NCBI GenBank assembly: GCA_029255845.1
Contig: JAJVLF010000014.1
Location: forward strand, 1-51,361
From: Campylobacterota bacterium
GTDB lineage: Bacteria > Campylobacterota > Campylobacteria > Campylobacterales > JAJVLF01
DNA: 51,361 nucleotides
Direction of reading: 5' to 3'
Positions 37,046 through 46,468 of this stretch are shown in pieces. A model generated the notes under the pieces. It worked only from the letters and a program-made list of their open reading frames with translations. It searched no databases and was not told the DNA's origin. The position numbers were made by a program, and so were the translations under genes. Within the stretch, counting starts at the first letter, position 1. Every line of letters starts with the position of its first letter.

Positions 37046-38423
37046 AAAAGATAGCTTTTTGTATTAATGCCTCTACTTTATCTTTATATAAATGTAATTT
37101 CTCTTTATTTGTGGATTCAAATCTGCTTACTAGCACTGGAGTGGTGTTTGAAGCTCTTATTAATGCCCATCCATTTTCAAAAATAATTCTCAGTCCGTCT
37201 ATTTCTATGATGTCTTTTATTTTAGGTAAATCATTTTCTTTGTTGTTTAGCATTTCTCTTATTTTTTGGATTATTTCAAATTTATTTATTTCAGATACTT
37301 CTGTTTTTATTTCGTCTGTTGTCCATATTTTTGGTAATTTAGATACCTCCATATCTATGTCCATATTATTATGAATAAGCTCTAATATTCTAAGAGTAGC
37401 ATATATGGCATCATCAAAACCAAAATATCTGTCATTGAAAAATAAATGTCCTGATACTTCTGCTCCAAAGTCTGCACCTACTTCTTTTATTTTTACCTTT
37501 AGATTGCTGTGTCCTGTTTTATACATTATGGCATTTCCACCATTTTTATTAATTATATCATACATTATTTGAGAACATTTCACTTCTCCTACTATGGTTG
37601 GTTTATCCATTGTGGAAGCAAATAATAATGCTAGAATGTCTCCTTTTACATTATTTTTTTTTGTAAGAAAGGCTATCCTATCGGCATCTCCATCGTAGGC
37701 AAATGCATATTTATAATCTTTTTCTAATGCTTTTTTGACATCTTTTAAGTTTTTTTCTTCGCTAGGGTCTGGATGATGATTAGGAAAAGTTCCATCTGGC
37801 TTACAGTATATTCCATCATAATTTAATTCTAAATTATCTAATATTTTGCTAAGAACTGTGTCGGCAACTCCATTTCCACAATCTATGATAAATTTATCTT
37901 TCATTCCTTTAAGATGTGAAAATTCTTTACTCATCCAATCTATATATAATGACTTAGAATCTATTTTTTTATGCTTATCATCATTACCTATTTTTTTATC
38001 TTGATTATCAATAATCTTATCTCCTAATGAATAAATGTCATTAGAAAAAAAAGGTTTATTATTTATCGTCATTTTAAATCCATTATAATTACTTGGATTA
38101 TGGCTTCCTGTAATCATAATAGAAGCATTAGGTTTTTCTCCATCAAATTCAAAATAATTAGAAAAATAATTAACTCCTGTGGCTACCATACCCATAGATA
38201 AAACCTTGCAATTAGCTTCATTTAATCCGCAACTTAAATATTTAAAAAGTATCTCAGAATGTGTTCTGGCATCGTAGCCTATGCTGACTATTGCATTATT
38301 TTTGTTTTTCTTCACTACTTCACAGCCAAAATAATAACCAAGAAGTTTTATTGATTTTTCATTTAATTCATCAGGATATATGCCCCTTATATCGTATTCT
38401 CTAAAAATTGTTTTTTGTATCAT
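37044..38423 (-). CDS. Phosphomannomutase/phosphoglucomutase
   Basis: Active-site TGSHNPSNYNGFK and Mg site DGDADR, 459 aa. Confidence 0.93.
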   Translation of the reverse strand: MIQKTIFREYDIRGIYPDELNEKSIKLLGYYFGCEVVKKNKNNAIVSIGYDARTHSEILFKYLSCGLNEANCKVLSMGMVATGVNYFSNYFEFDGEKPNASIMITGSHNPSNYNGFKMTINNKPFFSNDIYSLGDKIIDNQDKKIGNDDKHKKIDSKSLYIDWMSKEFSHLKGMKDKFIIDCGNGVADTVLSKILDNLELNYDGIYCKPDGTFPNHHPDPSEEKNLKDVKKALEKDYKYAFAYDGDADRIAFLTKKNNVKGDILALLFASTMDKPTIVGEVKCSQIMYDIINKNGGNAIMYKTGHSNLKVKIKEVGADFGAEVSGHLFFNDRYFGFDDAIYATLRILELIHNNMDIDMEVSKLPKIWTTDEIKTEVSEINKFEIIQKIREMLNNKENDLPKIKDIIEIDGLRIIFENGWALIRASNTTPVLVSRFESTNKEKLHLYKDKVEALIQKAIF

Positions 38424-38468
38424 TTATTATTCTCTTTATCTGTTTTTATAACTATATTATACTATAAT

Positions 38469-39680
38469 ATGGTTATGGAATACTATAAAAATTTTTATCA
38501 AATAAAATCAAATGAAGAGATATTTAATGAAATAGAAAAAGAAAAAGAATACATTGGTTATTATGATTTGCCATTTCAAGATACTGTGGAAATCAAAAAT
38601 TATGCAAAAAAAATCAAACAAAAACATATAGTTATCGTAGGAATAGGTGGAAGCACTTCAGGGACAAAAGCAATATATGAGTTTTTATTGACTTCAAATG
38701 ATTATAAGAAAAAATTACATTTTTTAGAGACAACAGACCCCTTATATATTAATCATAAGCTAGATTTTGTTGATTTAAATGATGCTTTATTTTTAATAGT
38801 GTCAAAATCTGGCTCTACTATCGAGACTATTTCTATCTTTAAGTATATATCATCTTTGGTTAAGATAGATGAAGAAAATACTATTATTATCAGTGATGAA
38901 AAAAATCCTCTTAGTGAGTTTGCTAATAATCAAAATATAAAATTATTTAATATAGGTAATTCTGTAGGTGGGAGATTTTCTGCATTTTCTGCTGTAGGAC
39001 TTGTGCCTCTTGCTATTATAGGGGTTGATATTGATGAGCTTTTAAGTGGATGTAAAAATGTGCATAAAAGTTTTTTTTCAAAAGAAAAATATTATAAATT
39101 AATTATGGAAAAAGCAAGGTTTTTTGTAGAAAACAAAAATAGATTTAATATCAATATTGTTTTATCTTATTTGAACTCTCTTGAGGGCTTTAATAAATGG
39201 TATATTCAATTATGGGGAGAATCATTAGGGAAATTAAACATAAATAAAACGAGACAAGGATTAACTCCTATAGGTCTGATAGGTCCTAATGACCAGCATA
39301 GTTTTTTACAGCTAGTAATGGATGGAAATAGAGATAAAACTCTTACTTTTATTAAAATAAATGACTTTAAGGATGAAACAAAAATACCAGAAAATACTTT
39401 AAGTGGATTTAATGAATTAGGATATATAGATAATGTAGGTTTTCAACATCTAATCAATAAACAAGCTGATGCTACAATCAGCTCCATAGATGAGCAAAAA
39501 GATATTCCTTATGATATTATCACTCTTGATGGAGTAGATGAAAAAAGTATAGCAAAACTTATGTATATGTATCAAATGCTTACATCTTGTGTGGGTAAAT
39601 TTGTGCAGATAGATACATATAATCAGCCTGGAGTTGAAAGTGGAAAAAAAATTCTTAAAGAAATACTAAAAGGTAAATAA
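38469..39680 (+). CDS. pgi: Glucose-6-phosphate isomerase (short bacterial type)
   Basis: GIGGS, SKSGSTIET and GGRFS motifs. I moved the start to the ATG at 38469 (or 38475), because the ORF-track start at 38415 overlaps the divergent PMM gene and adds a hydrophobic non-PGI leader. Confidence 0.9.
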   Translation: MVMEYYKNFYQIKSNEEIFNEIEKEKEYIGYYDLPFQDTVEIKNYAKKIKQKHIVIVGIGGSTSGTKAIYEFLLTSNDYKKKLHFLETTDPLYINHKLDFVDLNDALFLIVSKSGSTIETISIFKYISSLVKIDEENTIIISDEKNPLSEFANNQNIKLFNIGNSVGGRFSAFSAVGLVPLAIIGVDIDELLSGCKNVHKSFFSKEKYYKLIMEKARFFVENKNRFNINIVLSYLNSLEGFNKWYIQLWGESLGKLNINKTRQGLTPIGLIGPNDQHSFLQLVMDGNRDKTLTFIKINDFKDETKIPENTLSGFNELGYIDNVGFQHLINKQADATISSIDEQKDIPYDIITLDGVDEKSIAKLMYMYQMLTSCVGKFVQIDTYNQPGVESGKKILKEILKGK

Positions 39681-40495
39681 TGAATAAAATAACAAAATGC
39701 ATATTCCCATCAGCAGGATATGGGACAAGGCTTTTACCTATCACAAAAACAATACCAAAAGAAATGCTCTTAGTTCATACTAAGCCATTAATACAATATG
39801 GAGTGGAGGAAGCTATAGAAGCTGGATGCGATATTATGGGGATAATCACTAATAAAAATAAAACAGTTATAGAAGATTATTTTGATAATAACTTGGATGT
39901 AGAAAATGTAATTCAAAATAGTAGCAATAAAAATATTTTAGATGATTTAAATGATATTATAAATAATAATCAATTTATATACACAAGACAACTAGAGATT
40001 AAAGGTCTAGGAAATGCTATTTATTGTGCCAAACCATTGGTAGGGAATGAAGCATTTGCAGTCATTTTATCCGATGATTTATGTATAAATAAAAATAATG
40101 GAGTGCTATCTCAAATGATGGAAGTATATGAAAAGTATCCTAATCATTGCATAGTAGCTGTAGAAAAAATAGCTCCTGAAAAATCCAATCAATATGGAAT
40201 AATTTCAGGAGAAAATATACAAGATAATCTTATTAGGGTAAATGATATGGTAGAAAAACCAGAAGAGAAAGATGCCTTATCTGATTTAGCTATTGTTGGG
40301 AGATATATTTTAACTCCTGATATATTTGATATTTTAGAAAATATGAAAAAAGGTAAAGGTGGCGAAATTCAAATCACAGATGCATTGCTAGAATTAGCAA
40401 AAAAAGGAAATGTATTGGCTGTTAATTTTGATGGGAAAAGGTTTGATTGCGGTAAGATAGATGGACTTATGGAGGCTAATAAATATTTTATGTAA
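39680..40495 (+). CDS. galU: UTP--glucose-1-phosphate uridylyltransferase
   Basis: AGYGTRLLPITKTIPKEML and VEKP motifs. TAATG overlap with pgi. Confidence 0.93.
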   Translation: MNKITKCIFPSAGYGTRLLPITKTIPKEMLLVHTKPLIQYGVEEAIEAGCDIMGIITNKNKTVIEDYFDNNLDVENVIQNSSNKNILDDLNDIINNNQFIYTRQLEIKGLGNAIYCAKPLVGNEAFAVILSDDLCINKNNGVLSQMMEVYEKYPNHCIVAVEKIAPEKSNQYGIISGENIQDNLIRVNDMVEKPEEKDALSDLAIVGRYILTPDIFDILENMKKGKGGEIQITDALLELAKKGNVLAVNFDGKRFDCGKIDGLMEANKYFM

Positions 40496-40504
40496 ATTTT
40501 TATT

Positions 40505-40523
40505 AATAGAGGTTCCCTTTATA
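40505..40523 (+). repeat. Short copy of the dispersed motif (AATAGAGGTTCCCTTTATA)
   Basis: Shares ATTAATAGAGGTTC with 3951-3964 and TAGAGGT-CCCTTTA with the reverse complement of 51307-51325. Confidence 0.7.
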
Positions 40524-40612
40524 TTTTGTGAAATTAAGCACCTGTATAATAAAGTTTTTGCCGATTTCATAACATATTTACTAAAAATAAAAATAAAAAT
40601 ACTAATTAATCT

Positions 40613-40640
40613 TTGACTTTATTTTATATTTAGGTATAAT
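40613..40640 (+). promoter_or_regulatory. Sigma70-type promoter candidate TTGACT-N16-TATAAT
   Basis: -35 at 40613-40618 and -10 at 40635-40640, 30 nt before the ATG of the DUF1566 lipoprotein gene. RBS AAAGGA. Confidence 0.5.
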
Positions 40641-40669
40641 TATAGAAATTATAATAAAAGGATTTACCA

Positions 40670-41734
40670 ATGTTTAAGCTACCAATATATGTTTTGTTAT
40701 TTTTTTATATTTTGTTTATTTTTAATTCATGTGGAGAGGGAGTTAATAATGATTCTTTAAAAAACAAAACTCTTTTAAAAAGATCAATAGAACTAACATC
40801 TCCTAAAACAATAGATATTTATGAAAACCAAACAAACACTCTTACTTTATTTGCATTAAGTAAAGATAATGTCACTTACTCTATATATAACGGTGATAGC
40901 GATGATTTTACTATAAATAGCACAAGCGGAGTAATTACATTTAAAGAAGCTCCAGATTTTGAGAAGAAAAAATTATATAATTTTAGAGCTAAAGTTAGAG
41001 ATAATAATGGAAATGAAGATAATACAAATATTGTAATAAATATTTTAGATATTGATGAAAATGATATATCTTCAAAAATCATAAAAAGAGTTTTTTATGT
41101 TTCAAGAATCTCTTATCCAGGTGATCCTGTTGAGCCAGAGGAAGAAGAGAATCGCAGAAATGATGCTCCAAGAACTCCTATTACTAATGCTCCTCCTCCA
41201 GGAAATGCTCCTCCTCCTGCAGGGAATAATAGAAATAATCCTAATACGGGAACTCCTAATCCGCCAACAACGGGAGCAGATAATAATAACAACAATAACA
41301 ACAATAACAACAATAACAATCAAAATGATGATGCACAACCAGCAATAGAGATAGATAAAACATACAGAAGAGATAATTATAAAAATGTAGTCATAGATGA
41401 TGCAACCAATTTAATGTGGCAAGATAGTAGTGATTCTAGGGTTGCTAGAATGACATGGAGTGAGGCAAGAACATATTGTGCAAATATTAGCTTAGGAGGC
41501 TACTCAGGATGGAGATTGCCTACTTTAATTGAGTTAAATGGTATAATGGATAATAAAAAAAGCAATACTTCTGTTAGTAAGGTGTTTAAAAACATTATAT
41601 CTAGGAATTATTGGAGTTCTACAAAGTATGCTTCTAATGACAGCAATGCTTGGAGCATAAATTTATATCATGGCAATACATATGGAAGCTATAAAACTAG
41701 CACTTATTATGTAACTTGCAATAGAAAGATATAA
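40670..41734 (+). CDS. Exported (lipoprotein-like) protein: cadherin-like repeat + Pro/Asn-rich linker + C-terminal DUF1566 (Lcl-like) domain
   Basis: Signal peptide ending FNSC. Cadherin-type segment IYENQTNTL...YSIYNGDSDDFTINSTSGVITF...YNFRAKVRDNNGN...INILDIDEND. A 13-Asn run. C-terminal W-QD...MTWSEARTYCANISLGGYSGWRLPTLIELNGI...YWSST...YYVTC matches the DUF1566 pattern. Confidence 0.8.
   Translation: MFKLPIYVLLFFYILFIFNSCGEGVNNDSLKNKTLLKRSIELTSPKTIDIYENQTNTLTLFALSKDNVTYSIYNGDSDDFTINSTSGVITFKEAPDFEKKKLYNFRAKVRDNNGNEDNTNIVINILDIDENDISSKIIKRVFYVSRISYPGDPVEPEEEENRRNDAPRTPITNAPPPGNAPPPAGNNRNNPNTGTPNPPTTGADNNNNNNNNNNNNNQNDDAQPAIEIDKTYRRDNYKNVVIDDATNLMWQDSSDSRVARMTWSEARTYCANISLGGYSGWRLPTLIELNGIMDNKKSNTSVSKVFKNIISRNYWSSTKYASNDSNAWSINLYHGNTYGSYKTSTYYVTCNRKI
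41282..41320 (+). repeat. Poly-Asn coding microsatellite, (AAC AAC AAT)x3 core within 13 consecutive Asn codons
   Basis: Read directly: AAT AAT AAC AAC AAT AAC AAC AAT AAC AAC AAT AAC AAT. Confidence 0.9.
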
Positions 41735-41774
41735 TGTTTAGTAGATATATAAATAAGATTGGAGGGAATAAATT

Positions 41775-42218
41775 ATGAAAAATATTTTTAAATTCTTAAT
41801 GCTATTTTTAATTAATATAAATATAGTATTTGGATTAGATTTAACAAGAACTGGAAATATAGTAAATGATGCTTTTACAAAATTACAATGGCAAGATGAT
41901 GAAAGTGTTATAATGACTCGTAAAAATTGGGATTATGCGAAAGTTTATTGCGAAAACTTAACTTTGGATAATCTTAGTGATTGGAGATTGCCAGCTAAAA
42001 ATGAATTATTAAGTTTAATAGATTATTCTAAATCAAACCCTGCAATACTAGAAGATGCATTCCAAAATATAAATTCTAATTATTATTGGAGCTCTACATC
42101 TAATGCTACTTTGCATGATTATGCATGGTATATAAGTTTTGATACAGGGCTTATAGGATATATCCAAAAAAATAATAGAGAATATGTGCGATGCGTTAGG
42201 GTTGTTAGGCAGATTTAA
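41775..42218 (+). CDS. Exported single-domain DUF1566 (Lcl C-terminal-like) protein
   Basis: Signal peptide plus LQWQDD...WDYAKVYCENLTLDNLSDWRLPAKNELLSL...YWSSTS...YVRCVR. RBS GGAGGG. Confidence 0.8.
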   Translation: MKNIFKFLMLFLININIVFGLDLTRTGNIVNDAFTKLQWQDDESVIMTRKNWDYAKVYCENLTLDNLSDWRLPAKNELLSLIDYSKSNPAILEDAFQNINSNYYWSSTSNATLHDYAWYISFDTGLIGYIQKNNREYVRCVRVVRQI

Positions 42219-42248
42219 TTACTTTTAAAATATTGTAATTCGGTACTA

Positions 42249-42692
42249 ATGATAGAATTTAAAGAAATAAACTCCACAGATGACATAAAAGAAATAACTA
42301 AATCTGCCTTTGGAGTAGATATAGAAATAAGTGGCTCTTGGGGATATTCTAAAGATAAATATACTGATTTATCTAAAATAAAAGAAAACATTAAAGGCAC
42401 TCAAGAATTAATGGCTACCATGAGAGCTAATATGGAAATGAATATGCTTTTAAATGAAAATGAAAGATATGGTTCTATTAATGTGCATGAGATTTATAGA
42501 GAACAAGATGATGGGTTTGAAAAAATAAAATATGAAATTTCTGCTATGAAAGAAAGTGATTATAAGGTTTTTATTCAAGAATATAAAGATAATTTTCAAG
42601 ATGATAGTTTTGATTTAGAAAATCATTTTAATAAAAGAAAAAAAGCTACTATAAAAAGAAATGTTTTCCATTACTTTAAGGTGACAAAATGA
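42249..42692 (+). CDS. Hypothetical cytoplasmic protein (147 aa)
   Basis: ATGA overlap with mnmG. No family recognised. Confidence 0.5.
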   Translation: MIEFKEINSTDDIKEITKSAFGVDIEISGSWGYSKDKYTDLSKIKENIKGTQELMATMRANMEMNMLLNENERYGSINVHEIYREQDDGFEKIKYEISAMKESDYKVFIQEYKDNFQDDSFDLENHFNKRKKATIKRNVFHYFKVTK

Positions 42693-44572
42693 ATTATGAT
42701 TATGATGTAATCGTAGTAGGTGGTGGTCATGCAGGCATTGAGGCATCTTTGGCTTCTGCTAAGAGAGGGGCTAATACTCTTTTGCTTAGTATGTTGATTG
42801 AAAATATTGGGGCTTGTAGCTGTAATCCTGCTATAGGTGGTTTAGCTAAAGGGCATTTAGTTAAAGAAATTGATGCTCTTGGTGGGGTTATGGGAAAAAT
42901 TACAGATTATTCAGGCATACAGTTTAAAATACTCAATAATTCAAGAGGTCCTGCTGTTAGAGGCAGTAGAGCTCAAATTGATATGGATGTTTATAAAAAA
43001 TATGCTAGAAAGCTTTGCTTTAATCAAGATAATTTAGATATTTTACAAAATAAAGTTAGCTCTTTGCTTATCAAAGATGAAGAAGTTTATGGAATTAAAA
43101 CATCTTTAAATGAAGAAATCACAGCTAAAAAGGTAATACTCACAACAGGAACTTTTCTAAATGGCACTATCCATATAGGCTTTGAAAAAGAAAGCTCTGG
43201 TAGATTTGGAGAGTCTTCTTCTATAGGACTTTCTAATTATTTAAAATCCATTGGTTTTGATATGCAAAGACTTAAAACAGGGACAACTCCACGAATATTA
43301 GGAAAAAGCATAAACTTTGATGAGCTAGAAACTCACGATGGAGATGAAGAAATCTCTCCATTTTCATTTTCTAGTGACAAAAAAGACATCACAAGAAAAC
43401 AATTACCTTGCTTTATCACTTACACAAATGAGACAACTCATAAAATAGTAGAAGATAATTTTGATAAAGCCCCTATATTTACAGGAGTTATTGATGGAGT
43501 AGGACCTAGGTATTGTCCTAGTATAGAAGATAAAGTAGATAGATTTAGTGAAAGAAATAGACATCAAATTTTCCTAGAGCCTCAAACTGGTGACTGTGAT
43601 GAATATTATGCTAATGGTATTTCTACTTCTCTACCTAATTTTGTCCAAAAAGAATTTCTAAAAACTATCAAAGGTCTTGAAAATGCTAAAATCACAAGAT
43701 ACGGCTATGCTGTAGAATATGATTATCTTAATCCTATCAACTTAAAGCATACCCTAGAAACAAAAAAAATAAAAAACCTCTATTTTGCTGGTCAGATAAA
43801 TGGCACTACTGGATATGAAGAGGCAGCTTCTCAAGGCTTAATGGCTTCTATTAATGCCGTTAATTCGATACAAGGCAAGGAAGATTTTATTCTAAGAAGA
43901 GATGAATCATATATTGGTGTGCTAATAGATGATTTGGTCACAAAAGGAACAAAAGAGCCTTATAGGATGTTTACAAGTAGAGCAGAATATAGACTTTTAT
44001 TAAGAGAAGATACGGCTTGTTTTAGGCTCTCAAAGTATGGCAATGAGTTTGGATTAATTGAAGATGATTTTTTAAATAAAGTAAATAAAGATAAAAACAC
44101 AATCAAAGAAGCTCTTGATTTTTTAACTAATAATTATCTAACTCCAAATACAAACACTTTAAATTTATTAAAAAATATGGGCGAAGATAGAATAAGCGAT
44201 AAGACCTTAATAGCAGATATAGTAGCTAGAAGCTCATTTAATATAAATAAATTAATCACATTAATAGATGATTTTAAAATTCATCCTAAGCACATTCAAG
44301 AGCATATATTAGTGGAAGCAAAGTATTATAGATATATAGAAAAACAAAAAATAAAAATAAACAAAATGAAAGATTTAATAAAATTCAAAATACCAAATAG
44401 TTTTTCTTATACAAATATAGCGGGTTTAAGCAATGAAGTAGTAGAGAAATTAAATATAGCAAAACCCAATAATCTTTTTGAAGCAAACCAAATAAGTGGA
44501 ATTACTCCATCTGCTATTGAAGTTATTCATTTATTTTTAGAAATGGAAAAAAGAAAAAAGAAAAGTGCATAA
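42689..44572 (+). CDS. mnmG: tRNA uridine 5-carboxymethylaminomethyl modification enzyme (GidA)
   Basis: [26 protein letters not shown] and the C-terminal GidA-associated domain, 627 aa. Confidence 0.97.
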   Translation: MNYDYDVIVVGGGHAGIEASLASAKRGANTLLLSMLIENIGACSCNPAIGGLAKGHLVKEIDALGGVMGKITDYSGIQFKILNNSRGPAVRGSRAQIDMDVYKKYARKLCFNQDNLDILQNKVSSLLIKDEEVYGIKTSLNEEITAKKVILTTGTFLNGTIHIGFEKESSGRFGESSSIGLSNYLKSIGFDMQRLKTGTTPRILGKSINFDELETHDGDEEISPFSFSSDKKDITRKQLPCFITYTNETTHKIVEDNFDKAPIFTGVIDGVGPRYCPSIEDKVDRFSERNRHQIFLEPQTGDCDEYYANGISTSLPNFVQKEFLKTIKGLENAKITRYGYAVEYDYLNPINLKHTLETKKIKNLYFAGQINGTTGYEEAASQGLMASINAVNSIQGKEDFILRRDESYIGVLIDDLVTKGTKEPYRMFTSRAEYRLLLREDTACFRLSKYGNEFGLIEDDFLNKVNKDKNTIKEALDFLTNNYLTPNTNTLNLLKNMGEDRISDKTLIADIVARSSFNINKLITLIDDFKIHPKHIQEHILVEAKYYRYIEKQKIKINKMKDLIKFKIPNSFSYTNIAGLSNEVVEKLNIAKPNNLFEANQISGITPSAIEVIHLFLEMEKRKKKSA

Positions 44573-46343
44573 TATAAACCACTGGTCTTCTAATCATTTC
44601 TATATAGATGATTCTAAGATAAAAATTAAACATAATAATGTCGCGATAATTGATATTTTAAATGAAGTCAAAAAAGATATTAAGGGTCCTATTAATTTAA
44701 AATTTCCTCATATTGTATCTTCTAGTATAGATAGAATTTTTTCTTGTTTTAATCAAGCCATTAATAAATTTGATTATTCTAAAAGCTTTAATGCGATTTT
44801 CCCTCTTAAGGTCAATCAGTTTTCTAATTTTGTGAGTGAATTTAAAAAGCTTTCTAAAAAATATAATTACGGATTAGAGGCTGGAAGCAAGGCAGAGCTT
44901 ATTATCGCTATGAATTATAATAATGAAGATTGCCCTATTATAGTAAATGGTTTCAAAGATGAAGAATTTATTAGGCTTTGTTTTTTATCTCACAAGATGA
45001 ATAAAAAAACAACTATAATTATAGAAGATTTACAAGAAATAAAAAATATAATTAAGCTATCTCAAGAAATGCCTAAAAGTATTCCTTTTATAGGAATTAG
45101 AGTTAAGTTGCACACATCAGGGATTGGGATATGGAAAGAAAGCTCAGGCATTGATTCTAAATTTGGTCTCACCTCAATAGAGCTTCTCGAAGCTATATCT
45201 TTATTAAAAAAAGAAAATCTTATTCAATATTTCAAGATACTTCATTTTCATATAGGCTCTCAAATAGAAGACATTAAGCCATTAAATAAAGCCATCAAAG
45301 AAATGGGAAATATCTATGCTCAAGTTAAAAAAATGGATTCTAATGCCTTAGACTCAGTAGATATTGGAGGAGGAATGGCTGTGGAATATTCGCATAATCC
45401 TAAAAAAATATCTGTAAATTACAGCACTCAAGAGTTTGCTAATAATGTAGTTTTTTTACTAAAAGATAGCATAAATAATCAAGGCATAGAAGAGCCTCAT
45501 ATTTATATAGAATCGGGTAGATTTATAACTGCTCATCATAATGTCCTATTAGTGCCTGTCCTAGAGCTTTACTCACAAACATATAGTATAGATAAGATTA
45601 TTAATAAGGAAAACAATCCCCCATTAGTGGATGAGCTAGACTTTATTTATAAAAACATATCTAAAAAAAATGCAAAAGAATTTCTTCACGATAGCATTAT
45701 GCATATGGATAATTTATTAACATTATTTGATTTAGGCTACATAGATTTAATAGATAAAGCAAACACAGAGATATTAGTAAATTTAATTTTAAGCAAATGT
45801 GCAAAACTTCTAAGAAACATCCCAGAAGAAGAAAAAGAAGATTTACAAAATATGGTAAAAGATAGATATTTATTAAATTTCTCATTATTTAATTCCCTAC
45901 CTGATTACTGGGGCATAAAACAAAAATTTCCTATAATGCCATTAGAAAACTTAGACGATGATTTAAGAAGTGCTAGCATAGTGGATATTACTTGTGATAG
46001 TGATGGAGAGATAAGATTTAACAAAGATTTCCCTATTTATCTTCATGAAATAGATTTATCAAAAGATAATTATTTTGTGGGCATATTTTTAACAGGTGCA
46101 TATCAAGAAATATTAGCTATGAAGCATAATCTTTTTGATAAACCTACGGATGTGATAATAGAATGCGATAGAGCTGGCTTTAAGGTGAAAAAAATTACTC
46201 AAGCTAATAAAATATCTGATACATTGGATTTTTTAGATTTCGATATTGAAGAAATAAAAAAAGGATATTTAGATAATTTTAATAAAAAAGATTATGATTT
46301 TTTAAATATGACATTAAACTCTAGTAATTATTTATCATCTTAG
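44565..46343 (+). CDS. speA: Biosynthetic arginine decarboxylase
   Basis: PLP-lysine context [17 protein letters not shown] and a CDSDG-type motif (ITCDSDGE). Epsilon-type length of 592 aa. GTG start. Confidence 0.88.
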   Translation: MHNINHWSSNHFYIDDSKIKIKHNNVAIIDILNEVKKDIKGPINLKFPHIVSSSIDRIFSCFNQAINKFDYSKSFNAIFPLKVNQFSNFVSEFKKLSKKYNYGLEAGSKAELIIAMNYNNEDCPIIVNGFKDEEFIRLCFLSHKMNKKTTIIIEDLQEIKNIIKLSQEMPKSIPFIGIRVKLHTSGIGIWKESSGIDSKFGLTSIELLEAISLLKKENLIQYFKILHFHIGSQIEDIKPLNKAIKEMGNIYAQVKKMDSNALDSVDIGGGMAVEYSHNPKKISVNYSTQEFANNVVFLLKDSINNQGIEEPHIYIESGRFITAHHNVLLVPVLELYSQTYSIDKIINKENNPPLVDELDFIYKNISKKNAKEFLHDSIMHMDNLLTLFDLGYIDLIDKANTEILVNLILSKCAKLLRNIPEEEKEDLQNMVKDRYLLNFSLFNSLPDYWGIKQKFPIMPLENLDDDLRSASIVDITCDSDGEIRFNKDFPIYLHEIDLSKDNYFVGIFLTGAYQEILAMKHNLFDKPTDVIIECDRAGFKVKKITQANKISDTLDFLDFDIEEIKKGYLDNFNKKDYDFLNMTLNSSNYLSS

Positions 46344-46468
46344 AGGAAACCAGTAATTTTTCTAATTCTTGATGGGTTTTTTGCTTCGTTTTCTCTAATC
46401 TAATTTGGCAACTACTTAGTTTTTGCCAACTTTATATATAGCTAAAGTTATCTGTAAATTTAACTCCC

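Noticed and set aside
40550-40565. TAAAGTTT followed by GCCGAT, resembling the two halves of an enteric sigma28 promoter.
   Set aside because: The halves are separated by 2 nt instead of ~11, so this cannot function as a -35/-10 pair.
41097-41348. Three overlapping ORFs (41097..41348 +, 41102..41338 -, 41113..41319 -) with poly-Leu, poly-Ile/Val or ITT repeats.
   Set aside because: They are frame artefacts of the Pro/Asn-rich low-complexity linker of the 354-aa DUF1566 lipoprotein gene.
46405-46429. Hairpin TTGGCAA-N11-TTGCCAA between convergent speA and maf as a terminator.
   Set aside because: It has only a 7-bp stem, a large loop and no flanking U-tract, so it is not convincing.
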